DNA from: the human T2T-CHM13v2.0 reference genome, Homo sapiens
Strand: one strand, 5' to 3'
Length of the DNA stretch: 64,000 nt
Assembly (NCBI RefSeq): GCF_009914755.1
Contig: NC_060925.1
The notes under the pieces were generated by a model. The model saw only the letters and a program-made list of their open reading frames with translations, searched no databases and was not told the origin of the DNA. The translations under genes and the position numbers were made by a program. This document shows, in pieces, positions 42,331 to 57,780 of the stretch (its first letter is position 1; each line of letters opens with the position of its first letter).

Positions 42331-44062
42331 TCTTAGCCATCACTTCCCCGTCTCCCCAGTTATTTCTTCGCTCATTAGATATTCAAGTGCCCTTTCCATG
42401 CTTGACCTTGTGCAGCACTAGGGAAGATAGATGTGTGGCACTCAATCTCCTTTCTGTGTTGTACTGGGACTCTTCCTTTTTTACACAGTGTCCTGTGGCT
42501 GGTTGGAGGAGGCCTCACGCTGTACAAAAACACGTGCATTGGACATGCGTCTTGCAGCTACAGGCCCCTGTGGCCTACTTTTCTGTGCTGTTTTAGGTTC
42601 CTTCCTCCTTGGCTCCTAGTGTGCCTATGAGACTTCTCAGCTCTCAGGGACAAATCCAGGAGGAGCGGGCTGTGGCCCCAGGAACCTCCTTCTGGAATCC
42701 TGGCATGACTGAGTTACTCTTCTCAGGGTGGGCACTATCCTAGAGACCTAGCACCTGGATTTGATTTATGCCCCACCATTAAAAGGTGCTGATAATTTTC
42801 TAGGTGAGGGATTGAGGCCTGCAAAAGGTCAGAGTTTCACACTGTGTGGCCCAGCCCCTCCTGGCCAGGGAGTTTGACTCTGGAGATGACGCTCTTAGCT
42901 GCCCCACTGTCACCATCTGGGTTCTCCGGGATGTAGACTTCAGGCCAGAATTAATACTAAGGGAGGTTTTAGGGAAGTGCTCTTGGGGCCCACCTTAGGG
43001 AGGAGGTAGAGTCAGGACTGGACAGAGGGAGAAGTTCATTACCATGAAGGACCCACAGCCTGGCTGACCCCACAGGTTTCCTGGAAGCTGAAATGACTTG
43101 TTGGAGTGCCCCACGTAGAGCCAGAATGGCCAGGCCATCTTTAGATATGAGGAGTGGAGGGTTCGTGGGGACAGCGGGAGGAGGGTGGGAGTAGGAGGGA
43201 TGTGCCCTTTGGCCTCTCTGCAGCTGAGGCCATCCTGCAGGAACTTTAGCACCAATAGCAGCCCAGCAGCCAGCCCTTTCTGGAAGGAGGGATCTGGGAT
43301 CTCATCTGCTACACTCTTTCCTCCTACTCGCTTTTTGTGGATAATTCTAGAACTTTCCACCACTTATCTGTAAGTGGAGTTTTTCTCACCTTAAATAATT
43401 GTTGCAGTTCTTGAAAGTGAAATATCCTTTAAAAATTGCTAGTGGTCATTTCAAGGATAATCTGGCCCAACCAGCTGTATCATCCCAAAGCTTTTAGACT
43501 TTTTTATCTGTCAAAGCCAAGGGCCATCTGCTCAGTGTGGCAGAGAGGGCTGTGGAATGGTGGCAAACCAAGACTCTTGATAAGGAGTAACTTAAAGGGG
43601 ATTGTTTGCAACGTAGGAGCCCCTTAGTCTGAATGCAGAGCTAAGTTAGTAGTTAAGCAGAATGAATGGAAAAGGAGCATGAAGAGAAAAACCCAGCTGA
43701 GTTTCTGCTAAGTAAAAAGTCAGCAGGGGGCCACCCCATGCATTCTAGCTGCCCTGGTGATCTGCCACGGGAAACTTGTCCTGTCTCCTCCCACCTCCTG
43801 GAAGAGCTGAGAAGTCATTCTTATCTGGGAAATCAAACGTAATTCTTCATCTATATCAGGGAATGGCAAACTTGTTTTGTACGTATATTGTTCTGTATGT
43901 ACATTCTGTAAATGTACATTTATAGAACATACGTATATTCTTCACAGTTATATCTAAATTGACATTAAAAAAATGAAACTGTCCTGTTCCTTCTCTGTGT
44001 GACCAGCCAGCACCATTAAGCTATTGCTATGTGCCAGGCTCTGAATAAGTGCTTTGAATAGC

Positions 44063-44065
<3 letters not shown>

Positions 44066-44151
<86 letters not shown>

Positions 44152-44153
44152 TT
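44066..44153. repeat. (TTTC)n microsatellite at an L1 tail
   Basis: About 21 tandem TTTC units. Confidence 0.95.
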
Positions 44154-45017
44154 TAACTTTTAAGTTTAGGAGTACAAGTACAGGTTTGTTACATAGGTAA
44201 ACTTGTATCATGGGGATTTGTTGTACAGATTATTTCTTCACCCAGGTATTAAGCCTAGTATCCATTAGTTACTTTTCCTGATTCTCTCCGCCTCCTACCC
44301 TCTACCCTTCAAAAAGGCCTCAGTGTGTGTCGTTCCCCTCTATGTTTCCATGGGTTCTCATCGTTTAGCTCCCACTTGTAAGCGAGAACATGCGGTATTT
44401 GGTTTTTTGTTCCTGTGTTAGTTTACTAAGAATAATGGCCTCCTGTGTCCTGCAAAGGACATGATCTTGTTCTTTTTTGTGGCTGTATAGTATTTCATGG
44501 TGTATATGTACCACAGTTTCTTTATCCAGTCTATCACTGATGGGCATTTAGGTTGATTCCACGTCTTTGCTATTGTGAATAGTGCTGCAATGAACATACA
44601 TGTGCATGTGTCTTTATAACAGAACTATTTATATTCCTTTGGGTATATACTCAGTAATGGGATTGCTGGGTCAAATGGTATTTCTGTCTTTAGGTCTTTG
44701 ACGAATCACCACACTGTCTTCCACAATGGCTGAACTAATTTACACTCCCACCAACAGTATATAAGTGTTCCTTTTTCTCCACAACCTTGCCAGCGTCTGT
44801 TATTTTTTGACTTTTTAATAATCACCATTTTGACTGGTGTTAGATGGTATCATAGTGTGGTTGTGATTTGCATTTCTCTGATGATCAGTGATGTTGAGTT
44901 TTTTTTCATATGCTTGTTTGGACACATGTATGTGTTGTTCTGAAAAATATCTGTTCATGTCCTTTGCCCACTTTTTTATAGTTGTTTTTTTCTTGTAAAT
45001 TTGTTTAAGTTTCTTAC
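44154..45017 (-). mobile_element. 5'-truncated L1PA10-15-like element splitting a MIR
   Basis: Antisense L1 3'UTR and ORF2 end; MIR-like sequence on both sides (~44020-44065 and 45018-45180). Confidence 0.9.
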
Positions 45018-45349
45018 TGTGCACAGGGTATTTGATGGAATCCTTACAACCCCATGAGACAGGATGCACCCCTTTTTCATAAGATAAAAACCAAGATTTA
45101 GAAAAGTTCACCAAATTGCTGGGAGCTACACAAATAGAGAGCAGGAAATAACAGAATTCTGTCCTGGGTCTGATTCTACAGCTGTTAACCTTGCTCCCTA
45201 TACCTCCTGTTAGAGCAGGATTCCTGTCTGTGCTTCCTCTGCGTGCTCCTGACCACGTACAGTTTCCTTCCTGGGGGGGAGTTGGCTGGGAAGGCGAGTG
45301 AGCATTGTGGTCACTGTGTTTCATGGGTGAGCAAGTAAGCCACCAACTA

Positions 45350-45912
45350 GACTAGAACCAGCACACATTGGCCAAATACGGCCCATGGCTCTCGAATGGT
45401 CTTTACATTTTTATTAATTTATTTATTTTTAACTTTTATTTTAGGTTTGGGGTACATGTGAAGGTTTGTTACATAGGCAAACACGGGTTGTACATATTAC
45501 ATATTGTACATATTATTTCATCACCCAGGTATTAAGCCCAGTACCTAATAGTTATCTTTTCTGTTCCTTTCCCTCCTCCCACCCTCCCCCATCAAGTAGA
45601 CCTCAGTGTCTGTTCTTCCCTTCTTTGTGTTCCTAAGTTCTTATCATTCAGCTCCTGGGTTTTTACATTTTTAAATGGCTGAGAAAAAAATCAAAAGAAG
45701 ACTACTTTGTAACACATGAAAATTACATGACATTGAACTTTCAGTGTCCATAAATAAAGTTTTATTGGTACACACCCATGCTGATTTGTTTACACGCCAT
45801 CCATGGCTGCTTTTGTGCTATGACAGCAAAGTGGAGTACTTGCAACAGAGACTGGATGGCTTGCAAAATATTTGCTATCTGGCCCTTTGCACAAAAATTT
45901 TGTTGACTCCCG
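45350..45912. mobile_element. MER58B-like hAT element split by a short L1PA16-like 3' end (45412-45655, minus)
   Basis: cagtgtccataaataaagttttattgg...tatctggccctttgcac; TSD tgg..tttacattttt around the L1 piece. Confidence 0.8.
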
Positions 45913-48303
45913 ATCTAAGATGAAGAATGATGTTTGATCTCTCAGATAAGAATGACTTTCTAAGCTCTTCTGGGAAGTGGGAGGAGATGGGACACTTTTC
46001 AGGGGGCAGATCCAAAGGGCAGCTGGATACGAAGTCGGATTAATTGAATTATATATATGCTTATATGCATTGTTCTGGAACATTCTTTGCAGTAACCAGG
46101 GACTTGTTTTTCAATAGGTCTTGAGCGAATGTCTCTGTGGTGGCTGTGCTCTGATGAATTAGTGCTTTTCCTGCAAGCTCTTGCCTTGAAACCTGATGTG
46201 TTTCTATTATGTCATGTTCTTCTCCAAGTGCTGGCACCCCTGAGCAGCTTTGTCAGTACAGGATGCTTGTCAATTTGACAGCTCTTGCCACAGCAGATCA
46301 AAGAAGCATTACTTAGTGATTAGCACGAGGAGTTTCTACTCAATAAACCAGTGAAGAGCTGCCATGTACCAAGCCCTGCACTAGGTGCTGAGGGCATGAA
46401 GGTGAGTGACAGCCACTGTTCTTAGGCCGTCACTACATGGAGTGATGGGTGAGATGTCAGAGGATCTTAGGATTCTTTGGTTGTAAGCAACAGAAGAAGA
46501 TTCTGGCTAATCTCAGCCAAAGACCGTGCATAGGGAGGCTATGGAATAATTCACAGGAGAAGCTGAGCAGCCAGGCTCACAAAGGACAGGGATACATAGC
46601 TCTGGGGACCTAAAGAGAGGAAATACAGTCAGTCTCTTCTGGAGTCTATGCCATTGGGACAAATTTGTTCTCACCATTTTTCTCAACTTCATCAACATCA
46701 GGTTGCCTCAGCATGAGAATCTGGCTTGACCTCAGTTCTGTGTCCACTTCTTTGCCTAGAAGAGAACAAGATTCATGATTGACAGTGTGCCAAGGCTGTT
46801 GCAGGGGTGCAGGGGACTTCCCAAAGGACATGAGGTTCTGTTGTTGGAAAAAGGAGTAAGTGCTGTTGGGCAAGGAAAACCAGGTTCCGCATTATGGAAG
46901 CATAGAGGAAGATGCCCAACCCAGCCTGGTAGGTCAGGGAAGACTTCCTGGAGGAGGAAACAACCAAGCTGAAACCAGAATGAAAAGTCAAGTTAACCAA
47001 GGCAAGGGGCAAGAAGGAAATGAAACATCACAGGCCAAGAGAATTACAGGTGCAAAGGCCTGGAGGCCAAGGGCATTACCGTTGTCTGCAGAATAAAAGC
47101 TCTTCCCTGTGGTCTGTAGGAGTGATGGGTCACTTTGCCCAAAGACTTGTACTTTTAAAGATCAGAGTCCATGCTCTCTCCATCCCCCTAGAGTCCTTGA
47201 GCTTCCCAAGGTCAACTGAGCCTCATGGAAAACCTCAGGCTGTGACCCCCTCCCTCCCAGCGAGTCTTCAGGCTTCAATGAAATCTTGAACCTCCAGCAC
47301 TGAGACTTAATAGGAAAAAAAAAAAAATGCGGCTGCAGCCTTGAGCATTTTTATTGCTCCTCTCTGGCTCCAGTGGGGGAGGCCTCCAGTTGTGAGCTGC
47401 CTGAACTGATTCGCACTGGCCTCAGTCACAAATTGTGGCTTGGCATTTATAACAGCCACAATCCACGTGTATCGATTATTTAGAAAAAGAAATGAAGAGA
47501 TGGCCGAGCAGCTGCCTCCTTAAACATCTGCTCTTGTCACATTTCATCCTGACGGAAGAGGGGGCTCAAACTGGGAAAGGGAGAGAAAGCTCTATCCCCA
47601 GTTTAGATCTCGTTTGTGTCTCGGGAGATAGCCAGTGGCTTTTATTCACCGTCTTTGATTAATCAGTTCCTCTTTATTCATGTGAAAAATCCACAATCAC
47701 CCGGGGGGCTCCTTGGAAGGATTCATTGTTCTTTGCGGGCTGGGCTCAGTTGCTTCTGTTCTGTGTTCATGGGGCTAATGAAAGTGGAGCCACTGTCTCT
47801 GTGCTGGCTGTGCTTTGATGACTTGGCGCCTCTCCTGAAAACTATATTTCTCTGATTAAGCCGATGAGTTTGCTTCCTCCCTTCCCCTCGGTCATTAGGA
47901 AGTTGTTCCTTCCATGCTAATGACGGTGGGAGCTGTGGGGAGGAGTCTGGGCCTCCTTTCCATTCAGAGAGCGCTTGGTCAAGCAATTATAGTCCAAGAT
48001 CCTTCCGATGGAGTGAGCCCAGAGGTGAAAAAACAAAACCCACAGTAGCGCCAACCCTGGAATGGAAAGAAGCCGAGTTAGTGCCTGCAGTTGAAGAGTT
48101 GAATGGCGCCTTGACCAACAGTGGATGTGCTCTTCAGTGCCACGTGGGAGGGAGGCAGACCCCCCCCACTTCCCCCAGACGGCTTGACTGGAGCTGGCCA
48201 GGTTTGATCAGATTCCGGCCAAGCTCTACTTTAACTTGGACAACTCACTGGCTCTCTGTGATACAGCTGCCCCCTGTAAAATGAGGGGATTGAACTAGAT
48301 ACA

Positions 48304-48673
48304 TGTGTTAGTCTGCCCAGGCTGCCGTAACAGAATGCCACAGACAGGGTGGGGGCTTAAACGACAGAAATTTATTTTCTCACAGTTCTAGAGGCTGAAG
48401 TCCAAGACTGAGGTGCAGGCAGGGTTGCCTTCTGGCGAGGCCTCTTTTCCTGGTGGGCAGGTGGTTGCCTCTGTGCCCTCCCTCAGCCTCTCTCTGTGCT
48501 TGCTCAACCCCATGCCTCTCCCACGTCTCAGGAGGACACCAGTCCTACTGGGTTAGGGCCCCACCCTTATGATCTCACGTAACCCTCGTTACCCTCTTGT
48601 AGATCCCTTCTCCAAACACAGTCACATTGGGGGTTAGGGCTTCACCATGAAAAAAACAATTCAGTCCATAACA
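48304..48673 (-). mobile_element. MLT1A-like MaLR LTR
   Basis: tgtgttagtctgcccaggctgccgtaac...acaattcagtccataaca. Confidence 0.85.
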
Positions 48674-48951
48674 ATGAGAAAACTTGCACTCCAAAAAAGT
48701 AAGGGAAGTTGTTGACATTTCCATACGAAGAGTCAATTGCTGGGTGATTGGAGAGGACTTTTCCCAGCTATACAATCATCCCTCACCCCATTCCTACTTG
48801 AGAAACCCCTGCCATGCTGAGCTAGTCTCACTGATGCCATGATGAACTGCTATCACTGGTGGCTGTGTTTTCCCATCCCTGTGTTGAGTTGTAGCAAACT
48901 CCACTGGTTGCCCACCCAAAAGCCATTTACCCCCTCTCCTTTGTTAGCTAA

Positions 48952-49160
48952 AGGGTCCCCATGATGACTTTTATGGGTCCTGGGTACTTTTGCCCTTGGG
49001 GGCTCCATTCCTCTACAAAAAACATTTAAAAATTATATAAGTGATGTTTGAAGTAGACACCTCACTTATTGTGAGAAGTAAACCATTTCTGTGGGCTCCT
49101 AAAGGTGTCATTGGCTCTAGGCCCTGGTGCCTACTCTGCTCGACAGGTAAGTCAAACTGG
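48952..49160. mobile_element. MER91-like hAT-Tip100 MITE
   Basis: atgacttttatgggtcctgggtacttttgcc and ctaggccctggtgcctact motifs. Confidence 0.55.
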
Positions 49161-49529
49161 GGTCCACCCTTCCCCGCCTTCTGTAGGGAAGGATGACCTT
49201 CCACCAGCCACATGGGGATATCGAGAGTGGGGAAAACCATTCCCACAGCTGCTGACCTGGGCCTAGCCAGGGAATGCCATCTGGCCAGTGAGATGGGAGG
49301 GACAGTTTCCCAGAGAACTCCTAAAATGGGTTTCTTTTCCCTTAATGAGATGCATGAGGGAGAAATAGCCCTTCTTTTCCTGGGCCCTCTCATGCCTCTG
49401 TGTGGCAGCTATTTGGAGATGATGAGGCAATGCTAACTCACGGGGGGTGGCGGGGGCAGCACACAAAGGGTGGAGGGTACCTGAGTCCCAGATGATGCCG
49501 TGGAGCCATGGCATTAACCATCATGGGAC

Positions 49530-50320
<791 letters not shown>

Positions 50321-50356
50321 CTACCTGGAGACTGGTTTTGGGGTGACAAATCCCCT

Positions 50357-50535
50357 TATTTTTTATTTTGATTTTTTTTTTTAGAGACAAGGTCTCTCTC
50401 TGTCGCTCAGGCTGGAGTGCAGTGGTGTGATCATAGCTCGCTGCAGCCTCCAACTCCTGGGCTCAAGCGATCCTCTTGCTTCAGCCTTCTGAGTAGCTGG
50501 GACTACAGGTGTGCTCCACCATGCCTGGCTAATGT
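50357..50535 (-). mobile_element. Alu right-arm monomer (FRAM or truncated AluJ)
   Basis: Single arm ending at cctggctaat. Confidence 0.85.
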
Positions 50536-50627
50536 TTTTAGACGAGTTATTGCTCAAGCCTTTTGAGTTGGGTTTTTGTTACCTGTCATCTGCCTGACGC
50601 CCGAATTGCTGAAAGAGATCTCAGTAG

Positions 50628-51309
<682 letters not shown>

Positions 51310-51479
51310 CCCTACTAGGAATTGTACTATCTCATTTTCTTGCTGTTGGAGATGTTCATGGGCAGGTCCATGAACCAAAGCCCTGCACAGACATTCCAGC
51401 TAGAGATCAGCACATGCAAAGGCCCTGAGGGAGGAAAGAGCTCAGGGTGTTTGAAGAAACCACAGAAATGAAACGGCGC

Positions 51480-51773
51480 TGATGCCCTTGCCTCTTCTGG
51501 TGGCCACCTGCACTGCCTGGCTGGTGGTCCTGTCTTCTGTCTTCCAAGCATATTACTCTGATTTCTGCTTCCGTCGTCACATCACCTTTCCTCTTACAAA
51601 GACTCTGGTGAAGAACCAGGCCTGCCTGGGTACACAGGATCATCTCCCCACCTCGAGCTCCTTCACACAGTCCCATCTGCAAAGTCCCTTTTGCCACCTA
51701 AGGTAACATATTCCCAGGGTCTGGGTATTAGGACATGAACATCTTTGAAGGGGGCGTTATTTAACCTACTACA
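51480..51773 (-). mobile_element. Partial MLT1C/D-like LTR
   Basis: catctgcaaagtcccttttgcca...aaggtaacatattc...attaggacatgaacatctttg. Confidence 0.75.
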
Positions 51774-51933
51774 GGGAATTAGACTGTCACATGTATTGAT
51801 TTATCTCGTAGTGCAATGGCTGCTTGGAAGTGGATGCTTTCCTGCCCATTTCTGCTCCTGGTGTTGAAGTAATTACTTTCCTATACCTTGATGCAGGGTC
51901 AGAGGGTGGGAGGTGCAGTGAATAAACTCTAAG

Positions 51934-52105
51934 GCAGTGCATCTCAAAGTGTGGCCCTGTACCAGTAGCACCAGCAGCACCAGTGTCTCCCGGGAGCCTG
52001 TTAGGCATGCAGGTCCTCCAGCTCCGCCCGCCCCAGACCTCAGAATCAGAAACCCTGGGGATGTGGCTTAGCCATCTGTACTTGAAGCCCTGCCTCATGA
52101 TCCTG
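51934..52105. mobile_element. MER5A-like hAT MITE
   Basis: cagtgcatctcaaagtgtggccc...gaatcagaaaccctgggg. Confidence 0.75.
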
Positions 52106-52934
52106 CTTTTATTTAAAATTTTGATTTTTGCATTCAATTTGAAATATTTGGAATTAAGATACTACTTGTCTTGACTATTGAGATTTTTTGGTTTCTCCTT
52201 CCCTTTTGCACCTGGGGGAATGCCTTGATTGCCTTACTCTAGAAAACAAAGGTCACTGAATCTCCGATCAAAACCTGAGTTCCCCCAGGAGGTCCGTGTC
52301 GTGTGTGACACAGACCTCGACCTACTCGGGCAATCACAGATGCCTTCTACATGGACATGACGTCAGGACTGAGAACTGAAGGCTGGAAGGAATTAACCTG
52401 GTGAAAAAAAAGTAGGGGCATCCCAGGCAGAGAGAGACGTAGAAGCAAAAGCTGGATGTTTGGAGGGAATGCAGCAAAGAGAGGGCCTGGGAAGAACACT
52501 GTGTGTGTGATTCCTTTAACAAATATTTATTGAGCTCCTATTGTGAGCCCTGGGGTCTTCTGGCCTTTAACAACCCAGAATTCCCCCCACACATTGACTT
52601 GGAAGAGCCTAAGAGAGGCAATCGGAACAAAGGTTGGGTCTCGGCGTGCCTCGGTCACGTTGGCAAAGGATGCCCCAGGTACTCTTCCGCCCAGAAATGG
52701 TGTTTGGCACCTAGCAAATCAGCCGGGGAAAGTACAAAAGGCCCTGCATCTCATAAAAGATGCATTTAGCACAGGTTTCTATTTCAGAGCTAATGGCATT
52801 AGCTGTTTTGTAGAAAGTAAGAAAGCACAATTACCCTGTTTTAATAACATGGTTGACAGCACAGCTCTAATCCTGGGGGATTCTGGGTTTACATTTTGAG
52901 GTTTCTGTAGCAAGCGAGTTCTTAGTACCAAGCT

Positions 52935-53057
52935 AGCGTGTAGCCTTATATGCCAGTTTGCCTAAAACACTCCTGGCTTATACCTCATGTTTATTAATAG
53001 CACCCTCTTTCACCTTCTAGTGTCCCAGTTTGGGCAATAAATGACACAATCACCTTA
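52935..53057. mobile_element. MER94/MER81-like hAT-Blackjack MITE
   Basis: ttattaatagcaccctctttcac...gtgtcccagtttggg...tcacctt. Confidence 0.6.
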
Positions 53058-53775
53058 GTGACACAAAACTGAGAACGCTAAGCCCATGCTTGATGGAGCA
53101 GCTCCCCACCAGCTCCTTAGAGAAATCCATCCCTAGCAAAAAAAGAATTCACCAAATCTCAGACTGTGCCCCTTCACCCATTAATGTTTGAGGCCATGTC
53201 CGTGCTAGGTATTGCTCTAAAATCCAGGCAAAAAAGACTTCCTAGGATCTGATATCAGACTTTTCACTGTACTCAGGAAAATGCTTAAGTAGAACAAGGG
53301 GAAACAAAGACATCAGTAAGATAAAGTAGCACTCACTTTTATTTAATAGGTCACTCCTTAAATGTGAAGGCTTTTCCAGGGACAGTGGTTGGGGAATAGA
53401 AAACCTTCCGGTGAAAGCGAATATATTGCTCCAATTCAGTGTTTAATTGTTTAAAAAATTACAACTGTACAAGTTTGTTTTGGACAATTCAAAGGAATAA
53501 TGGCAATGCTCTCAGTTGTCCTACTGCTTTAGGGTGAGAGTTATTAAGTTTGATTTGAATCCACCCAGACTTTTAAAAGTAAATTTTATTGAAGCGTAAC
53601 AACAGCAAGAACACAGATGGTAAGATGGAGCTGCTGTGTCCAGAGAACATTGCAAGCCCCAGGAGACTCACTGGGGGGTCCTCCCGATTACCAGCCACCA
53701 TCCTTAAAGGGGACTACCACCCCAAGCCCTCAGGCTAAAGAGTCTATGAAGTCCAAAAAGATAAAACTAAATATA

Positions 53776-54111
<336 letters not shown>

Positions 54112-54651
54112 TTATGTTTGGCTTTTTCCTCCAACCTTGAGAATCATCCATGTTGCATGTATTTTGCTCACTCTTATTCCTGGGTGGGTTCCATTGTATG
54201 AATATACCCTTTCATTTTGTTCTGCTGTTGATGAAAACTTGGATTATTTGCATCTGGGGGCCACTATGAATAATGAATGCATCTGTGAGCATTCTGGTAA
54301 TATGTTGGTGCACCTGTGAATGCATTCTTCCAGGTCCGTACCTGGGAGTAGAACTGCTAGGTCATAGAGCAGATAGATGCTCAACTTTAAAATATAATAG
54401 CAGACAGTTTTCCAAAGTGTTTGCAGGACTTGATGCTTACACCAATAGGGTCTGAGAGTTCCTGTTGCTCCACAGCTTTTTCAACACTTGGAATTGTCCA
54501 TCCAATATTGGCTATTGTGTTGGGTATGTGTTTGAATTTCATTGCGGTTTTAATTTGCTTTTCCCGATGAATAATGGGGGGTGAACATCTTTTCATATTG
54601 GCCATTTAAATACCCTCGTTTGTGAAATGCTTGTCCAAGTTTCCTGTCTAC

Positions 54652-54965
54652 TTTTGTTTGTTTGTTTGTTTGTTTGTTTGTTTTTTAAGACAGGGTCTGG
54701 CTCTGTTGCTTAGGATGGAGTGCAGTGGTGCAATCTCGGCTCACTGCAACTTTAGCCTCCTGGGCTCAAGCCATCCGCCCACTTCAGCCTCCTGAGTAGC
54801 TGGGACCACAGGCGCGCACCAATATGCCTGGCAAATTTTTGTATTTTTTATAGAGACAGGGTTTCACCGTGTTGTGTAGGCTGGCCTCGAACTCCTGGAC
54901 TCAAGCAATCCTCCTGCCTCGGCCTCCCAAAGTGCTAGGATTACAGGCGTGAGCCACTGCATCCA
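54652..54965 (-). mobile_element. AluJb-like with (TTTG)n tail
   Basis: Full dimer with J-type motifs. Confidence 0.9.
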
Positions 54966-55111
54966 TTCCTGTCTATGTTTTAACTGAGTTTTTTGCCTTA
55001 TTGATTTGGGGGAGTTCTTTCAATAATGAGAATATGAATCTTTTCTTGGTTATAGGTGTTACAAATTTCTTTCTTTCATCAAGAGACAATAATAAGAGAG
55101 TAGAAAGACTA

Positions 55112-55629
<518 letters not shown>

Positions 55630-57780
55630 CTATGGTGTAAAGTGGAGGTCAACTTTCACTTTTTTTTCTCCATATGAATTTCCACTTGATTGACTGCCAT
55701 TAAGCATCCCTGCTGCCCTGCAGTGATGGTGTTGTCCTAATGCAATAGTGAGTCAGCTTCTGGACACTTTATTCTCATTATTGATCTCTCTGTGTATTCT
55801 TAGCCCAATACCATGCTCTCCTAACTACTGAAGCTTAATTATCTGTCTGGAGCATCTGGTGGAACAAGTCTTCATTTCTGGTGGCCTTCACCAAGAGCTT
55901 TTGGCCCTTTGCCTTTCCAGTTAAATTCTAGAATCATCTTGTCAATGTTTACAGAAAATCTGCTTAAATTTTGATCTGATTAAATGTGTAGATTAATTTG
56001 GGAGAATTGAAGTTTTTACAACATTGAGTCATCAAACTATGACTCAGTGGTGCATGTCTTCATTTGTTTAGGTTCCTTTCCTTTCTGCCCGTCTCATAGA
56101 TTTCTGTAGAGTGGTCTTAAGGGCTTTTTGTTAGATTTATTCCTTGTTATTTGATATATTTTGATGTTAATGTTATAGTTTCTTAAAGTTTATTTTGTTC
56201 CACATCCAGTAATATAATTTACATTTTAACGTGTACCTTATACTTATGTAGCAACATTGCTAAGTTTATTCTAATAATTTATCTGTATACTTTTCTTTTG
56301 GGATTTTCTACCACAATCATGCCAACTGCAAATAGTGACAATTCTATTTTTCTATTTCAAACCTCAAATCTTGTCTCTTTTACTTCCAGTATAATGTTGT
56401 ATAGAAATGATGATAGTGGCCATTCTTGTCTCATTCCTCATCTTAAGAGGAAGCTTTCAATATTTCATGAATGTTGTGAAGGATGTTTTCTGTAGGCTTT
56501 TTAATACAAATTATTTATCAGATTAAAAAAATTCTCTTTATTCTTATGACACTTTTTGAGATGTGAATTAAGGTTTGGCAAAGGGACAATTTTTGTAATG
56601 TTCTCTGTGTTTTTTTTTTTTTTTTCTGAAGAGAATGTATACGCTGTACTTGTCAGGCACAACTGATCCATTATATATGTCTGTTAGTCAATATGTTAAT
56701 TATGTTCAATTTTTCTGTATTGTTTGCTTTTTGTTTAGTTTTTCACTTCTGGGTTTAGTTTTTTGCAGTTTGTCAATTTTTTGCTCATGTTTGGAGGCTT
56801 GTTAAATTGATCATTTTGTTATTATGAAGGATGTTTTTGGTTGCTAGAACTGGGTTTTTTTTTTTAATTTTTAAGTCTACTTTGTCTGATAGCAACATAG
56901 TATACTAGCTTTCTTTACAATTCTTTTTTCTCTCCTTTCCTGATATCTTTTGGATTGATTATTTTTATACTCATTTTCCCTTCCTATTAGTATGGTGATT
57001 TTGTACGCTTTTATAAACTTTCAGTGGTTATACAAGAGATTGTAGTATGTATCCTCGACTTATTAATGTCTAATATAAATTAATCCTTCTATTTTTCCCT
57101 GGACAATGCAAGGACCTTAGAACATTTTAATTCCATTGTTCTTCTTTCAACTTCTAAGCTATTTTTGCTCTGTATTTTATTTCTATATATACTTTAAATC
57201 CTACAGTGTATCACTGACCTGTTAATATAAGATAAATTAATGTTAACCATTAGTAATTATGAATTCATAGTCAACATTAAGTTATATTTAATTTAGACTT
57301 AGCCACAATTAACCTTTTCACAGCTCTTTCTTCGTTTCCATGGCTCTGAGCTTCCATTTGGCTTCATTTTTCTCCTCCTTGAAGAAACTCCCTTTAGTGT
57401 CTTCTTGATGTGTCTGCTGGTATTAAATTTTCCTAGATTTCTTTGGTCTGAAAATTTCTTTATTTCACCTACATTATTGAAGGATATTTTCAATGCGTAT
57501 AGAGTTCCACATGGCAATTATTCTCTTTGAGCACTTTGAAGGTCTCATTCACTGACTTCTGGTTTCCCTAGTTGGCGTTGAAGTCAGATGTGGGTCTCTG
57601 TTGTTGTACTGGAAGTTCTTTGTTTTCTCCTCATCCTGACTTCTACAGCTGCTTTTAAGACTTTCTCTGTTATTGGTTTTCAGCTTATTACTATGATAAG
57701 CCTAGGTATGATTTTCTTTTTATTTATCCTATTTAGGGTTCATTGAGCTTTTTAAGTGTTAATTTACACAGTTGCAAAGC

